Below are positions 10,573-20,191 of a DNA stretch of 64,000 nt, one piece after another (the first letter of the stretch is position 1; the number at the start of each line of letters is the position of its first letter). The notes beneath the pieces are model-generated. The model was not told the origin of the DNA and did no database searches. It was given only the letters and a program-made list of their open reading frames with translations. The DNA is from Bacteroidales bacterium (lineage in GTDB: Bacteria; Bacteroidota; Bacteroidia; Bacteroidales; VadinHA17): contig JBEKFE010000006.1 of assembly GCA_050013475.1 (NCBI GenBank), positions 30,892-94,891 of the forward strand, written 5' to 3'. Position numbers and translations under genes: made by a program.

Positions 10573-11550
10573 ATGAAAAAACAAAATAAACTTATATTCG
10601 GGGCATTCATTGCAGTAATAGCGCTCACAGGTCTTACCCTGTTCTTTGGCTGCAAGAAAGCTGCTACCCTAAGCCTGGGAGCTTTGCCCAATATTGATTT
10701 TACTGCAACGGTTGGCACTGATGGATATACAGTTACCATAGTCAACACATCTGCCGACCCGGTGATCCCATATTATACAATTCCTGATCTAAGTCTGGGA
10801 ACCGGAGACCTGAATGGCGATACTGTGAAGGTGATGCCCACTTTCCCGGGGACGTACAAAATTGTAATGTATGCTGCGGGGCAGGGTGGCATTGATTCTG
10901 TCACCAAGTCTTTCACTACGACAGAACCTAACCCGGCCGGCTGCGATCCGACGAAACCGTTAGGCTTCATCGCTTCATGCACACAGAAAACATGGAAGCT
11001 AAATCCTGCACCGGGAGCTATGATGGTTGGTCAGAATCCCGACGATGGGGGCTGGTGGACAAGCGGTGCCGGAGAAGTGACCGGACCAACAAGCAGGCCC
11101 TGTATGTTCAACGATGAATATACTTTCACGTACGATAAAGCCGGTGATTTCGTATATAATGACAACGGAGACTTTTACTCTGACGATGCTTCTATAATGG
11201 CCGTTCATGGTTGCTATGATGATTCGAACTATGCAGCAAACCAGGCAGCATGGGGTTCCGGTAATTTTCATTATGTAGTTATTCCTGGTGGTGGAATAAA
11301 AGGACTGGGACAGTTAAAAGTGGTAGGTTTTGGTGCCCACCTGGTAATGCAAAGACCGATCAACGGTACTGATGCTTTCACTTATGTGACAGCAAACTCG
11401 GTTACCTACGATATCTGGAAAATGACACTGGATTCCATAGATGTAGACTTAAATCATTATGACTTCCTTACCGTTACATTCCATTATGGTAACTGGAGTC
11501 CTACTGATGGATGGTGGACATATACACTCAGGGCAGATCATGCAAAATAA
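10573..11550 (+). CDS. Surface glycan-binding lipoprotein (PKD/Ig-like N-domain; SusE-positioned)
   Basis: Lipobox FFGC, Ig-like region, then Trp-rich domain (KTWKL, GGWW, CMFNDEYTF, DGWWTY); follows susD. Confidence 0.7.
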   Translation: MKKQNKLIFGAFIAVIALTGLTLFFGCKKAATLSLGALPNIDFTATVGTDGYTVTIVNTSADPVIPYYTIPDLSLGTGDLNGDTVKVMPTFPGTYKIVMYAAGQGGIDSVTKSFTTTEPNPAGCDPTKPLGFIASCTQKTWKLNPAPGAMMVGQNPDDGGWWTSGAGEVTGPTSRPCMFNDEYTFTYDKAGDFVYNDNGDFYSDDASIMAVHGCYDDSNYAANQAAWGSGNFHYVVIPGGGIKGLGQLKVVGFGAHLVMQRPINGTDAFTYVTANSVTYDIWKMTLDSIDVDLNHYDFLTVTFHYGNWSPTDGWWTYTLRADHAK

Positions 11551-11597
11551 TCTGCTGGGCTAAAAGAACCAATCTTATTCCGGTTCGTTTATCTTAC

Positions 11598-11636
11598 ATA
11601 GCCGGTCAGAAAGTTGAATGACCGGCTATTTTTTTT
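11598..11636 (+). terminator. Intrinsic terminator inside the PUL, between transport genes and hydrolases
   Basis: ATAGCCGGTCA-loop-TGACCGGCTAT followed by a T-run. Confidence 0.75.
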
Positions 11637-11664
11637 AACTTTGTACGGATTTAGGTGCAAAACT

Positions 11665-12846
11665 ATGAAAGCTATAGCTATCATCGTATTTTTCTTGTTT
11701 GTGTGTACCGCATGCAACAAGCCGGATAATTCAAAAAATACGCCAGTCATATCTTCCTTATCGACTGGAGATGTGACCCACGTGCGAAACGGCACTGCGA
11801 CAACCACATTCCGTTTTGTTATCGATGTTAACCCGGTCAATCCTGAAGATATTAAAGTGAATTATTCCACGAAGGACGGGACCGCTGTCAGCGGGATCGA
11901 TTATGCCGCAGTTTCAGGCACTCTGACCATACCGGCAAACCAGTTATCCGGATATATAGATGTAATTGTCACTTCAGACAGTCTCCGCCAGGATGACCAG
12001 TCCTTCACCCTTGAGTTGAGCTCACCCGTAAATGCCACACTTTCGGTAACCCAGGTAACAGGAACCATCCAGAACCTTGGGACTTATTTGCCAATAGACA
12101 GTGCGGGCTATACTTCTGCTTCAAGCTATCCGGGCATGACACTTATATGGAGTGATGAATTTAATGGCAAAACCCTTAATTCCGGTAACTGGACCTATGA
12201 GACCGGTGGTGGCGGATGGGGAAACAATGAGCTGGAATATTATACCGGCAGCGTGAATAATTCATACCTGACAGGCGGCTATCTGGTTATTGAAGCCCGC
12301 CAGGAAACTATAGGCTCAAACAATTATACATCGGCAAGGATCAAAACAGAGGATAAAAAGACTTTTACATACGGAAGGATAGATATCCGGGCAAAGCTGC
12401 CGAAAGGGCAGGGATTATGGCCGGCACTGTGGATGCTTGGGAACAATATCAGTCAGCAGGGATACGGATGGCCGGCCTGCGGTGAAATAGATATTATGGA
12501 GCTTCTGGGCCAGAATACACAGACAATATATGGAAGTTATCACTGGGAAAATCAGGGTAGTGAAGGTAATGCCTCACAGAGTTATTCCTTAAGTTCAGGG
12601 AGCTTCTCAGACAGTTTCCACGTATTCAGCCTTCAATGGGACTCAGCCAAAATGGCAATTCTTGTCGATGATGTTGCTTATTCCACTATTAATAAGAGTG
12701 ATGTGACAGGCTCCGGCTATCCGTTTGACAAGCCTTTCTTTTTTATAATGAATGTTGCCGTCGGAGGATCCTGGCCGGGCAATCCAAATGCTTACACCTC
12801 ATTTCCTCAGAGGATGATAGTAGATTATGTGCGGGTTTTTCAGTAG
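11665..12846 (+). CDS. Calx-beta + GH16 endo-beta-1,3-glucanase (laminarinase) lipoprotein
   Basis: Likely start MKAIAII with lipobox CTAC; Calx-beta (YSTKDGTAVSGIDY); LIWSDEF, WPALWML and catalytic EIDIME motif. Confidence 0.92.
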   Translation: MKAIAIIVFFLFVCTACNKPDNSKNTPVISSLSTGDVTHVRNGTATTTFRFVIDVNPVNPEDIKVNYSTKDGTAVSGIDYAAVSGTLTIPANQLSGYIDVIVTSDSLRQDDQSFTLELSSPVNATLSVTQVTGTIQNLGTYLPIDSAGYTSASSYPGMTLIWSDEFNGKTLNSGNWTYETGGGGWGNNELEYYTGSVNNSYLTGGYLVIEARQETIGSNNYTSARIKTEDKKTFTYGRIDIRAKLPKGQGLWPALWMLGNNISQQGYGWPACGEIDIMELLGQNTQTIYGSYHWENQGSEGNASQSYSLSSGSFSDSFHVFSLQWDSAKMAILVDDVAYSTINKSDVTGSGYPFDKPFFFIMNVAVGGSWPGNPNAYTSFPQRMIVDYVRVFQ

Positions 12847-12907
12847 GAAGTACTATTCTGCAGCTGAAGACCAGGGTTTTTAATAGAAATATTTAAAAAT
12901 TGAAACA

Positions 12908-14380
12908 ATGAGTTCAAAAGCAAATTTTCCTTTGGCGCTAATGATATTCAGCCTGTTAATTCAGCTGAACGTGAGCGGCTGTTCAAAGACAATTAAAGAG
13001 GTACAGCCGATAAACACAGATACGACAACCACGCCGAAATCCTTTGTTAAAACTGATGTCATGTTCTGGCTGACAAAAGCTGATTCAACAATCAGGTTTC
13101 AAAGGCAAAATATCGCGCTGAATTTCAGCGCTTCGTCTTCTTCCGGTACTACCATTGTGGTCGACTCGACGCAAACTTACCAGACCATGGATGGTTTCGG
13201 ATTTGCATTAACGGGCGGAAGCGCATACCTGATCAATCGCCTTCCCTCAGCTGACCGGAGTAAAATTCTGCAGGAACTATTCGCTTCAGACAGTACCTTT
13301 ATAGGAATAAGTTACCTGCGCATCAGTATTGGTTCTTCGGATCTTAATTCTTATGTTTTTTCATATGACGATACTTATACAAATTTTGCTGATACGAATC
13401 TGACGCAATTTTCAATTACACCTGACACCTACGATCTGATCCCTGTGCTGAAATCAATCCTGGCGATTAATCCCAACATTAAAATACTTGGATCTCCCTG
13501 GTCGGCGCCTGCCTGGATGAAAACTAACCAATATTCGGTGGGTGGGTCGTTGGAACCGCAATACTATGGCGTATATGCCAGATATTTCGTGAAATACATC
13601 CAGGCCATGAAAGCTAATGGCATAACACTCGATGCCGTTACTGTACAGAATGAGCCTGAGTACGGAGGAAATAACCCAAGCATGGTATTGACAGCTCAGC
13701 AGGAAGCTGATTTTGTCAAAAATGATCTGGGTCCTGCATTCAAGGCTGCCAGCATTACCACCAAGATCATCATTTTTGATCATAATTGTGATCATCCGGG
13801 TTATCCGATAACTGTGCTCAGGGACACTGATGCCTATCCATACATTGACGGTTCGGCATTCCATCTCTATGGAGGAGATATATCTGCCTTGTCGCAGGTT
13901 CATAATGCCTACCCTGACAAAAATGTTTATTTTACCGAGCAGTGGGTTGGCGGCAGCTCGACCAACAATTTTGCTCCTGACCTGGACTGGGCTGTAAAAA
14001 ATCTTATTATCGGTGCTCCGGTTAACTGGAGCAGGAACGTGCTGGAATGGAACCTTGCATCCGATCCTTCTTATAAGCCCCATACCCAGGGGGGATGCTC
14101 CACCTGTCTGGGGGCCCTTACAATAGGAACCTACATAAGGCGGAACGTCTCTTATTATATTATAGCCCATGCCTCCAAATTTGTCAGACCGGGATCGGTA
14201 AGGATTGGCTCATCAGTTGCGGCGAATTTGCCTAATGTTGCATATAAGACTCCTGATGGGAAGAAGGTACTTATAGTAATGAATGATGGTAGTTCGACCC
14301 AGTCTTTCAGCATAAAATCAGGAGATAAATATGTAACAACATCGCTTGATGCCGGCTCCGTGGCAACTTATGTCTGGTGA
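12908..14380 (+). CDS. GH30 glycoside hydrolase (GH30_3-like endo-beta-1,6-glucanase) lipoprotein
   Basis: YQTMDGFG, SPWSAPAWMK, acid/base QNEP, nucleophile FTEQW, HASKFVRPGS. Confidence 0.9.
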   Translation: MSSKANFPLALMIFSLLIQLNVSGCSKTIKEVQPINTDTTTTPKSFVKTDVMFWLTKADSTIRFQRQNIALNFSASSSSGTTIVVDSTQTYQTMDGFGFALTGGSAYLINRLPSADRSKILQELFASDSTFIGISYLRISIGSSDLNSYVFSYDDTYTNFADTNLTQFSITPDTYDLIPVLKSILAINPNIKILGSPWSAPAWMKTNQYSVGGSLEPQYYGVYARYFVKYIQAMKANGITLDAVTVQNEPEYGGNNPSMVLTAQQEADFVKNDLGPAFKAASITTKIIIFDHNCDHPGYPITVLRDTDAYPYIDGSAFHLYGGDISALSQVHNAYPDKNVYFTEQWVGGSSTNNFAPDLDWAVKNLIIGAPVNWSRNVLEWNLASDPSYKPHTQGGCSTCLGALTIGTYIRRNVSYYIIAHASKFVRPGSVRIGSSVAANLPNVAYKTPDGKKVLIVMNDGSSTQSFSIKSGDKYVTTSLDAGSVATYVW

Positions 14381-14448
14381 GGCACCTTATAAGTTACGGG
14401 CAGACAGACCTTTAATAATATAGATTTATAATTATAAACAGAAAAAAT

Positions 14449-15342
14449 ATGAAAAAATGTTTTAAATCAGCCATGACTATCTGTATGGCTCTGACCGCAG
14501 CTGTAGCAATAAGTCTTCCGGGCTATGCACAAAAGCATAACAAGGGAACAAAATCAAAAGAAAAACCCGCCGATGGAATAAGGCTGGAGTATAAGTTTCC
14601 GGTGAATAAGCCGCTCAGCTATTCGTCGCTTTCAAAAGTCGACCAGTCGATGGAGGTGAACGGGGAATCGATGCAGGTTAACGTGGTAATTGTCGTTGCA
14701 ACTACTGTTACCTCGCTTGGAAAAGATAATGACAATCTTAAGCTTGATGTAAGGATCGATACCCTGAGCCAGAAAGTTGATTCTCCCCAGGGCTCTTCAG
14801 GTGGTCTGGTTAATGAAGTCGCCGGCAAGTCATTCACTATGATCCTTGCACCCAATGGTAAGGAGGTGGATATAACCGGTGCTGAGAAGATAACATATTC
14901 AGCTGATGGACAGGAGACAAATGCATCTCAGACCTTTTCAGATTATTTTCCTGATATTCCGACTAAGCCGCTCAAGCCCGGAGATATATGGGTGACCAAT
15001 GATACTCTAAACAGCAAGGCCACGACGATGTCGATGAAACAGATCGTAAAGGCTGATAACAAATTTGAAGGTATAGTCAATGTTGATGGCATTGATTGTG
15101 CAAAAATTACAGCTGCACTTTCGGGAACAAGAGAGCAGTCGGGCGAGAACATGGGAATGGATATAGCCATTAAAGGTGATTTTACAGGAACTTCCGAACT
15201 CTATTTTGCTGTTAAAGAGGGGTATCTTATTAAATCCACCTCCACGACTAAAATGATAGGGACTCTTGATCTGAGCGGCGCCCAGAACATGTCTATGCCG
15301 CTTACAGCAACAATGGTTACCACAAAGTGGCTGAAGAAGTAG
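14449..15342 (+). CDS. Exported hypothetical protein (DUF6263-like beta-rich fold)
   Basis: Signal peptide; beta-strand pattern; FPDIPTKPLKPGDIW motif. Confidence 0.6.
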   Translation: MKKCFKSAMTICMALTAAVAISLPGYAQKHNKGTKSKEKPADGIRLEYKFPVNKPLSYSSLSKVDQSMEVNGESMQVNVVIVVATTVTSLGKDNDNLKLDVRIDTLSQKVDSPQGSSGGLVNEVAGKSFTMILAPNGKEVDITGAEKITYSADGQETNASQTFSDYFPDIPTKPLKPGDIWVTNDTLNSKATTMSMKQIVKADNKFEGIVNVDGIDCAKITAALSGTREQSGENMGMDIAIKGDFTGTSELYFAVKEGYLIKSTSTTKMIGTLDLSGAQNMSMPLTATMVTTKWLKK

Positions 15343-15352
15343 AAAAATACGC

Positions 15353-16312
15353 CTAACGCGTAACTTTAATTACAATACCCGAAACCGGCTCTTTACCTTT
15401 CGTAGTTACCGAGGTTGAGCCGGTTTTTTCTTTACTGTCAATATACAGATGAATATAGTACAATCCCTCTTTTGGAAACTTTACAGGGATCGCATATACT
15501 GTTCCATTCCTGTACTTTGCAAGATCCCAGGGAGCTTTATCGGTAAAGACCTCACCCGAATAATCCTCATAGCTTCCCAAACCCGACAGCTGCTTCACAG
15601 TTAAAGGTTTAGGGAGCTTCTCCCTGTAGATGGTCATGAAATAGAGAAAGCAGTTACCCCTGGTATCAATTGTTATGGTACCTGTTTCATTTATTCTTAG
15701 CTCCTTCGGGATATCCCTGAATTCCACGTATCTGTCGATGAACTCCTCGTTGTACCTGAACTGACCTCCGGCAAGGTAGTAGCCTATCCCCACCCAATTA
15801 TGGTCTTTATTTATAATATTCTTCTTATGTCCGTCGTTCGGTGCTCTCTCTTTCATAAAAGTGCCATGACCTTCTTTCATCAGATCCTGCAGAACATTCT
15901 GAGATGTGCCATAATCTTCAGTTGTCCATTCACCGAACACATTTTCGGATACATGGTCGCAGCCTCCGGCAAAGGCATATCTCATATATGGCTTTTCACC
16001 TGCCAGGTTCCAGTGTGAAATATATCCTTTCTCAGCTGCCTCGCGACACTGTTTGTTTGCCACCCTCGATGCGAGGATGTCCAGTCTGACATCCTGAACC
16101 CTGAATTTTCGCCTGCTCTGATTAATGATCATCAGCTGGTTCAGCTTATTCTGTAGTGCTGCATCATCATCCTTGTATTCGATTAGCCTTTTCTCGCTGT
16201 CATTTACCCGTTTATAATACTGAGGATCGCCTGTGATATCCTGCCCGTACAATTGACCCTGGTGCCTGCAGAGACAGATCAACAACATATAAAGCAAAAA
16301 AATGTACCTCAT
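15353..16312 (-). CDS. CAP/SCP-domain exported protein
   Basis: INQSRRK, ISHWN..GEKPYMRY, SENV, GHKKNIINKDHNWVGIG CAP motifs. Confidence 0.8.
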   Translation of the reverse strand: MRYIFLLYMLLICLCRHQGQLYGQDITGDPQYYKRVNDSEKRLIEYKDDDAALQNKLNQLMIINQSRRKFRVQDVRLDILASRVANKQCREAAEKGYISHWNLAGEKPYMRYAFAGGCDHVSENVFGEWTTEDYGTSQNVLQDLMKEGHGTFMKERAPNDGHKKNIINKDHNWVGIGYYLAGGQFRYNEEFIDRYVEFRDIPKELRINETGTITIDTRGNCFLYFMTIYREKLPKPLTVKQLSGLGSYEDYSGEVFTDKAPWDLAKYRNGTVYAIPVKFPKEGLYYIHLYIDSKEKTGSTSVTTKGKEPVSGIVIKVTR

Positions 16313-16365
16313 GTTATATGAACAATTCTGAGAAACTGTTGTTCTAAATATAAATTTAATTCAAA

Positions 16366-16917
16366 ATGATGAGACAAGTTAAAATAACATTCATGTTTTT
16401 AATGATGATGGCTACATTGAACGGTATTTCCCAGACAACTGGATTTTACGATTTCAAAGTGAAGACACTCGACGGAGGGACTTTTGATTTCGCGACCCTG
16501 AAAGGGAAGAAGGTAATGATAGTAAATACCGCTTCAAAATGCGGTTTTACTCCGCAGTATAAAGACCTGGAGGAGCTTTACACGAGATACGGTGGTGAGA
16601 AATTTGTCATAATAGGTTTCCCGGCCAACAACTTCCTCAGCCAGGAACCCGGTACAGCTGCCGAGATAAAGGAATTCTGTACAAAGAATTACGGCGTTAC
16701 ATTCCCGATGATGGATAAGATCTCTGTGAAGGGAAAAGACATTAATCCCGTTTACCAGTGGCTGACCTCAAAATCGAAGAACGGGGTGATGGATTCGGAG
16801 GTAAAATGGAATTTTCAGAAATATCTTATCGATGAGAACGGGAATCTGAAAGATGTCGTTTACTCAAGGGAAAGTCCACTTTCTGATAAGATAGTTGCAT
16901 GGATATCTGCTAAATAA
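16366..16917 (+). CDS. gpx: Glutathione peroxidase family protein (Cys-type, exported)
   Basis: VNTASKCGFTPQY, GFPANNFLSQEPG, VKWNFQKYLID. Confidence 0.95.
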   Translation: MMRQVKITFMFLMMMATLNGISQTTGFYDFKVKTLDGGTFDFATLKGKKVMIVNTASKCGFTPQYKDLEELYTRYGGEKFVIIGFPANNFLSQEPGTAAEIKEFCTKNYGVTFPMMDKISVKGKDINPVYQWLTSKSKNGVMDSEVKWNFQKYLIDENGNLKDVVYSRESPLSDKIVAWISAK

Positions 16918-16952
16918 GTTTTCATTGAGGGGGTTTTGTTTGAGATCGTCCC

Positions 16953-17031
16953 GGCGGGGGTTACACTCCAAAGGGACGATTCTTTTTTACCCCCGCCGCA
17001 TACCGCACGCCTCACGCCCCACACCCCACAC
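16953..17031. repeat. GC hairpin plus five degenerate heptamer tandem repeats between convergent genes
   Basis: GCGGGGGT...ACCCCCGC then cgcatac cgcacgc ctcacgc cccacac cccacac. Confidence 0.6.
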
Positions 17032-17038
17032 CCTTTTC

Positions 17039-17566
17039 TTAAAAGATATAAGGTATAAACATCTTCGTTTCCTTCATATAGGTTCTGTAATCATCGCCAA
17101 ACCTTGCGATCATCTCCTTCTCTTCAATTCTTGCGGTCAGCCATACAGCGGCCAGGTTTATTCCACCAAGGATAAGCTGAATTGTTTCAGGATTCTTCAT
17201 CATCACTCCTGTTCCCAGGATAAAGAGGGATAGATACAGAGGGTGCCTTATATATCTGTACAAACTCGTTCTGACGATCACCGATGTGTTCTCAAAATTG
17301 CCTCCCTTTGGTTTGCCGATCTCTTTAAGGAGTAAAAACCCTGCAACAGCAAAATAAATTGATGAGAACAGAAGTATCCAGGAGATGATCTGGGTACCGG
17401 AAAAGGGCTCCCTGAACCAGACCTTGTAATTGAGAAGAACAAGTATAAAGATGCTTTCAAAGGAAAAGAACCTTGCGATTCCATGATATCTTTTATGCTT
17501 TATGGAAAGAAACCATGAAAATGCAATAATGATAATTGTTCCTGCTATCAGAACCGGATAATTCAT
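17039..17566 (-). CDS. Isoprenylcysteine carboxylmethyltransferase/PEMT family membrane protein
   Basis: LYRYIRHPLY and EEKEMIARFGDDYRTYMKET motifs; multiple TM helices. Confidence 0.88.
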   Translation of the reverse strand: MNYPVLIAGTIIIIAFSWFLSIKHKRYHGIARFFSFESIFILVLLNYKVWFREPFSGTQIISWILLFSSIYFAVAGFLLLKEIGKPKGGNFENTSVIVRTSLYRYIRHPLYLSLFILGTGVMMKNPETIQLILGGINLAAVWLTARIEEKEMIARFGDDYRTYMKETKMFIPYIF

Positions 17567-17583
17567 ACTTTATGCCTTATAGA

Positions 17584-19644
17584 TTATTTTTCTGAACTCT
17601 TCTCGTTGATCTTTTTCAGGTAATTGTAAACTTCTATCTGTGAATGTACAGGCTCCTTGCCTTTTACAACAAACTCATTCGACATCATCTGGTCTATCCT
17701 GCGGGCTTTGACATTGTCGCTCCACTGGATCTCGAAAAGTTTCTTAAGCTCGCTTCTTATTGTTTTGTCGAAGATGGGACAGGTTACCTCTACCCGATGA
17801 TCAAGGTTCCTTGTCATCAGGTCGGCCGATGATATAAAATATTCCTCATCACCGCCATTGCAGAATATCATAAGTCTTGCATGTTCAAGATACCTGTCGA
17901 CAATTCCGATAGCCTTGATATTCTCGCTGAATCCTTTTATTCCGGGTACGAGAGAGATCATTCCCCTGACAATCAGCCGGATGTTCACTCCGGCATTACT
18001 TGCTTCGTAGAGGTAGTTAATAATTTCACTATCGGTGAGATTATTAAGCTTCAGGTAGATAAATGCTTTCTTGCCTGCCTTCGCATTTTCTATCTCGTTC
18101 TCAATAAGCAGGGTTATCTTATTCCTTAGTGCAAAAGGGGAGAGTACCAGGTGGTAATAATTGTCCTTTCTGTAGTTCATACTGAAGAAATTGAATGCCT
18201 TGTAGACCTCATTCGTGATCTTTTTATTGGTGGTAAAAAGAAGAAAGTCTGTATATATCCTTGCAGTATCTTCATTGAAGTTGCCAGTCCCCACCACTGC
18301 ATATCGCTGAGACGTATCATCCTTTAAACGGGTAATAAGGCATAGTTTTGAGTGAACTTTTAAACCGGGTACTCCGTAAATTACCTTCACTCCCTCTTCA
18401 AGCAACCTGTTACCCCAGTTAATATTCGCCTCTTCGTCAAATCGGGCCTGAAGCTCAACAACAGTTGTCACATCCTTTCCGTTCCTGACTGCATTAAGAA
18501 GGGCGTTTATCACGCTTGAGTTTCTTGCAAGCCTGTAAAGTGTTATCTGTATAGTTGTTACATAAGGATCTATCGAGGCTTCCCTGAGGAGATCAAGGAA
18601 ATGGTCAAATGGATGATAGGGGAGGTTAAGCATAATATCCCTCTTCTTTATTGCTGACAGGATGCTCTTCCCTGGCTGAATATCGCGGTGCTGGACAGGA
18701 ATTATGGGTTCAAAATAGAATTTTTTCCTTCCAAGGTTGGGGAAGTTCATAAAGTCCTTTGAATTGTGATACCTGTCGCTCGGAATGATAACATCATCAG
18801 GTCCGAAATTGAGCTTCTTCGTGATAATTGAAAGCAGTTCTTCAGGCATCTTCCTGTCGTGAACAAACCTCACAGGTGTTCCATGTTTTCTCTGCTGCAG
18901 GCTTCTTGAAAGCTTGTCGATATAGCTTTCGGAGATGTCGTCGGCTATCTCCAGTTCAGCATCCTTGGTCAGTTTAATGGAATATGCGGCAAGCTCGTCA
19001 AAATCAAATATAAAAAATACCTCCTTCAGACCGTACCTTATAATATCGTCAAGATAAATGACATATTTCTCATCATCCCTATCCGGAAGGACCACAAATC
19101 GGGGCAGTACATTTGTAGGGATCTCGAGCAGGGAAAATCTCTTTTTCTGCCCGTCCTTTTTGGAAAGTATAACGGCCAGGAAGATCGCATCATCCGTAAG
19201 ATTAGGAAGTTCAGAATCCTTTTCAATCAGGAAAGGCATCAGGCGCGTCCTGACCTCCAGATGGAAATACTTCCGGACAAATTCGGCCTGTTCCTCATCC
19301 AGCTGTTTCTCATTTATCAGATGGATCTTATGGTTATCCAGTTCCTGGAGAAGGCCTGTGTATATCTTTTCGAATTTCTCGTTCTGGGTAAGAACGATCT
19401 CCTGGATCTTTTTCAATGTCGGTTTTGGGCTGTACCCGAGTACATATTTTGATTTGGTGCCAAACAGCGAAAGTCTTTTCAGTGTCGCTACTCTGACACG
19501 GAAATATTCATCAAGGTTGTTGGAATATATCCCAAGGAATTTAAACCGCTCGAGAAGAGGTACATTCTTGTTCTCTGCCTCCTGTAACACTCTCTCATTG
19601 AATGAAAGCCAGCTGATCTCTTTAGGTATGAATGTTTTGCTCAT
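17584..19644 (-). CDS. ppk1: Polyphosphate kinase 1
   Basis: EISWLSFNERVLQEA, NLDEYFRVRVA, ELQARFDEEANI, LKVHSK, SADLMTRNLDHRVE. Confidence 0.98.
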   Translation of the reverse strand: MSKTFIPKEISWLSFNERVLQEAENKNVPLLERFKFLGIYSNNLDEYFRVRVATLKRLSLFGTKSKYVLGYSPKPTLKKIQEIVLTQNEKFEKIYTGLLQELDNHKIHLINEKQLDEEQAEFVRKYFHLEVRTRLMPFLIEKDSELPNLTDDAIFLAVILSKKDGQKKRFSLLEIPTNVLPRFVVLPDRDDEKYVIYLDDIIRYGLKEVFFIFDFDELAAYSIKLTKDAELEIADDISESYIDKLSRSLQQRKHGTPVRFVHDRKMPEELLSIITKKLNFGPDDVIIPSDRYHNSKDFMNFPNLGRKKFYFEPIIPVQHRDIQPGKSILSAIKKRDIMLNLPYHPFDHFLDLLREASIDPYVTTIQITLYRLARNSSVINALLNAVRNGKDVTTVVELQARFDEEANINWGNRLLEEGVKVIYGVPGLKVHSKLCLITRLKDDTSQRYAVVGTGNFNEDTARIYTDFLLFTTNKKITNEVYKAFNFFSMNYRKDNYYHLVLSPFALRNKITLLIENEIENAKAGKKAFIYLKLNNLTDSEIINYLYEASNAGVNIRLIVRGMISLVPGIKGFSENIKAIGIVDRYLEHARLMIFCNGGDEEYFISSADLMTRNLDHRVEVTCPIFDKTIRSELKKLFEIQWSDNVKARRIDQMMSNEFVVKGKEPVHSQIEVYNYLKKINEKSSEK

Positions 19645-20138
19645 AGTATTCTCTTTGGTTCATATGAAATTTCCGGGGTCCCGCTCGCAGGTTTGAGATC
19701 CGACCATATCATTATATTGAACGAGAGACAGACAATGCCGCTTTTGGCAATAGGCCCGACAGGCTCCCTTGAGTACCATATAGCAATATTACTGAATGAT
19801 GGGTTATGCCCGAAAAGTGTAATGGTTTCTGTATCCTCACCTCTCTTTTTCAGTATCTGGAACAGTGTCTCCTGGTTGAACCTTGAATAGATGAGGCTGT
19901 CAAGGATGATCTTCTCAGGCTTTATGCCATACTCCTGAGCGAAGATCATGGCTGTCTCTATTGCCCTGAACGCCGGACTTGAGACAAGTGTACCCGGATC
20001 TGTAATTTTATCCTTAAGTCTTCTTGCCATCTGCCTTGTGATGTTCTTGCCTTTCGATGTCAGGGACCTTTCGAAATCAGGAATACCATCGCCTCCTTCT
20101 TCAGCCTGGCCATGGCGCATCAATATGATCCTTTTCAT
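19641..20138 (-). CDS. sixA: Phosphohistidine phosphatase SixA family
   Basis: LMRHGQAE, SSPAFRAIETA, FGHNP. Confidence 0.9.
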   Translation of the reverse strand: MKRIILMRHGQAEEGGDGIPDFERSLTSKGKNITRQMARRLKDKITDPGTLVSSPAFRAIETAMIFAQEYGIKPEKIILDSLIYSRFNQETLFQILKKRGEDTETITLFGHNPSFSNIAIWYSREPVGPIAKSGIVCLSFNIMIWSDLKPASGTPEISYEPKRIL

Positions 20139-20191
20139 CAGAATCTATGTTTTTAGTTTAGCTAAAATTTATAATCCTTTACCAGTCTGTG

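Noticed and set aside
13454-19696. Long antisense ORFs (238 aa at 13454-14170, 212 aa at 19058-19696)
   Set aside because: They lie opposite well-conserved GH30 and ppk1 genes and have no protein-like motifs.
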